From the NCBI GenBank assembly GCA_030603395.1, contig JAUVXX010000001.1, positions 170,921 through 205,463 of the forward strand: 34,543 nt of DNA, in the 5' to 3' direction. Made by a program: the position numbers and the translations under genes. Under the pieces are notes generated by a model that saw only the letters and a program-made list of their open reading frames with translations, was not told the origin of the DNA and did not search any database. Source of the stretch: a bacterium (GTDB lineage: Bacteria; Patescibacteriota; Minisyncoccia; Minisyncoccales; CG1-02-41-26). Shown here in pieces: positions 32,832-34,543 of the stretch (position 1 is its first letter; every line of letters starts with the position of its first letter).

Positions 32832-33259
32832 ATAGCCACAGCTATTATCAAAGATGGACAGAGAATTTCCCAGAAAAGGGAAATTTTTCTGTCTTTAAAA
32901 AAATGAATTCTTTTCATAAAAGTATCGTGCAGTGTAAGTAATTTGTTTGAAAAAATTAAACCCAAAAGAACAAGGCCGTCCGGCAAGATAGCAAAAAATC
33001 CTCCTGTTCCAGCCAAGAAGAAGTTTTTTGAAATAATAAAAATGAGAAAAGCTCCAGTAGAAATATCTAAAAATACCTTTAAGAACTCTGGCAGCGATTT
33101 TTTCCATCGTTTCTCTTGAATATTTTCAATTGAATATTCTAAATGTGGGAAAAAATCCAAAAAATAATGGCTCAAAAAAGCCAATACCAAAGCTAAGGGT
33201 AAAAATTTAATATTTGTTGCAATTGCCGCTCCGACCAAAAGATGAGGAGTCAGAACCAT
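32813..33259 (-). CDS. Membrane protein, YdjM-like metal-dependent hydrolase motif pattern
   Basis: H...G, SH..LD..PH, PD and H...H motifs among TM segments. Confidence 0.6.
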   Translation of the reverse strand: MVLTPHLLVGAAIATNIKFLPLALVLAFLSHYFLDFFPHLEYSIENIQEKRWKKSLPEFLKVFLDISTGAFLIFIISKNFFLAGTGGFFAILPDGLVLLGLIFSNKLLTLHDTFMKRIHFFKDRKISLFWEILCPSLIIAVAIYFLMG

Positions 33260-33305
33260 GAAAATTTAACAAAAATATGATAAGATGATAAAATCATTGT
33301 AGCAT

Positions 33306-34543
33306 ATGCCAAAGACAAATAAAAAATTTATTTCAACTGCCATTGATTATGTCAATGCTTTTCCCCATGCCGGCCACGCCTTAGAAAAAGTTCAGGCTGA
33401 TGTAATAGCTCGTTATCACCGACTATTAGGTGAGGATACTTTTTTTCTGACAGGTACAGACGAGAACAGCTTGAAGAATGTTCGAGCGGCTGAAAAAGAA
33501 GGAATAAGCGTAAAAGAGCTGGTAGATAGAAATACTAAGAAGTTTTATGAATTAAAAAATATCCTAAACTTATCTTTTGATGACTTCATTAGAGCTACTG
33601 AAAAACGTCATATTAAGGGAGCTCAAAAACTTTGGCGAGAGTGCCAAAAAGATATTTATAAAAAGCCTTACCGAGGGCTGTATTGTGTAGAATGTGAGGC
33701 ATTTTACAAAGAAAACGAATTAGTAGACGGTCTTTGCCCCGAGCATAAAATTAAACCTGAGCTAATAGAAGAAGAAAATTACTTTTTTAAACTTTCAAAG
33801 TATCAAAATCAATTAAAAGAAATAATTGAAAGTGATGAAGTAAAAATAATCCCGGAAACTCGGAAAAATGAAGTATTAAGTTTTATTAATTCTGGACTTG
33901 AAGACATTTGTATTTCTAGAGCAGTAGAAAGAACTAAGGGATGGGGAATTGATGTGCCTGAAGATCCCTCTCAAAAAATTTGGTGTTGGTTTGATGCCCT
34001 CAGTAATTATATTAATGCCTTAGATTACGCAGAGGGAAGCAAAAAATTTCGAGAATGGTGGCAAGAAAATGAAAATAAATTACATATCATAGGAAAGGGA
34101 ATTTTAAGATTTCATACTGTATATTGGATAGCATTTCTCCTTTCGGCAGAACTTTCCTTGCCCGAGACAATTTTTGTTCATGGATATCTAACTTCTGGTG
34201 GTCAAAAAATGTCCAAATCGCTCAGAAATGTCATTGACCCCTTTGAGCTGGTTAAAAAGTATGGTACCGACGCCGTTCGTTATTTTCTCTTGCGGGAAAT
34301 TTCTCCAACCGAGGATGGTGATTTTACCTATGAGAAATTTGAAGGGAGATATAACTCGGATTTGGCTTCGGGCTTGGGTAATCTGACAGCCAGAGTTTTA
34401 ACCATGGTGGGAGAGATAAACCCCAAACCCCAAACCCCAAACCCCAATTTTCAAAGAATAATTGACAGAACTTGGGAAAATTATAAAACGTCTTTAGACA
34501 ATTTTAAATTTAATGAAGTGTTAAGTTCAATTTTGCAATTGAT
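33306..34543 (+). CDS. metG: Methionine--tRNA ligase, 3'-partial (absent from the ORF track because it has no stop in the window)
   Basis: MPKTNKKFISTAIDYVNAFPHAGH, TGTDE, YCVECE, CPEH, WFDAL.NY and KMSKS motifs. Confidence 0.96.
   Translation, partial: MPKTNKKFISTAIDYVNAFPHAGHALEKVQADVIARYHRLLGEDTFFLTGTDENSLKNVRAAEKEGISVKELVDRNTKKFYELKNILNLSFDDFIRATEKRHIKGAQKLWRECQKDIYKKPYRGLYCVECEAFYKENELVDGLCPEHKIKPELIEEENYFFKLSKYQNQLKEIIESDEVKIIPETRKNEVLSFINSGLEDICISRAVERTKGWGIDVPEDPSQKIWCWFDALSNYINALDYAEGSKKFREWWQENENKLHIIGKGILRFHTVYWIAFLLSAELSLPETIFVHGYLTSGGQKMSKSLRNVIDPFELVKKYGTDAVRYFLLREISPTEDGDFTYEKFEGRYNSDLASGLGNLTARVLTMVGEINPKPQTPNPNFQRIIDRTWENYKTSLDNFKFNEVLSSILQL
34418..34447 (+). repeat. Heptamer tandem repeat (AAACCCC)x4 within metG
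   Basis: Perfect repeat; encodes NPKPQTPNP. Confidence 0.9.

Noticed and set aside
34418-34447. AAACCCC array as telomeric sequence or eukaryotic contamination
   Set aside because: It is in frame within an intact metG and matches the window-wide heptamer pattern.
1-34543. CRISPR array, IS/transposase, prophage or known anti-phage system
   Set aside because: No spaced direct repeats or hallmark proteins were recognised by eye. An HMM search would be needed to exclude divergent ones.

Overview
This is an AT-rich, gene-dense bacterial chromosome segment. Its gene content (type 2 IleRS, alpha2 GlyRS, half-size MFS, mostly SD-less A-rich leaders) suggests Patescibacteria/CPR, probably Parcubacteria; the taxonomy is inferred. 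The left ~18.5 kb is an accessory region rich in nucleic-acid repair and nucleotide-sanitising genes (HhH glycosylase, MPG, EndoQ, PolX-PHP with a frameshift, Ogt, two NUDIX, tandem HD, RtcA), plus a DUF4239-like gene and a 7TM-GAF sensor with no output domain. The middle is a compact minus-strand smpB-ssrA(tmRNA)-infC-rpmI-rplT cluster. The right side is housekeeping: argS, His-phosphatase, ileS, recO, glyQS, M16 peptidase, AI-2E transporter, rsmI and partial metG. Main observations: (1) the tmRNA 5' end contains the smpB stop codon, so tmRNA maturation should leave a nonstop smpB mRNA, a possible self-tagging feedback loop, while infC appears to start at ATT 7 nt after the CCA end; (2) seven dispersed period-7 tandem arrays with different units, mostly 4 copies and inside intact genes; (3) an AAAGGTCG motif 24-26 nt upstream of several start codons; (4) non-canonical HIGH motifs in ArgRS (GVHH) and IleRS (GVHA); (5) small genes and structured leaders missed by the ORF track. 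No tRNA, rRNA, CRISPR array or transposase was recognised. All family calls come from motif recognition by eye, not database searches.
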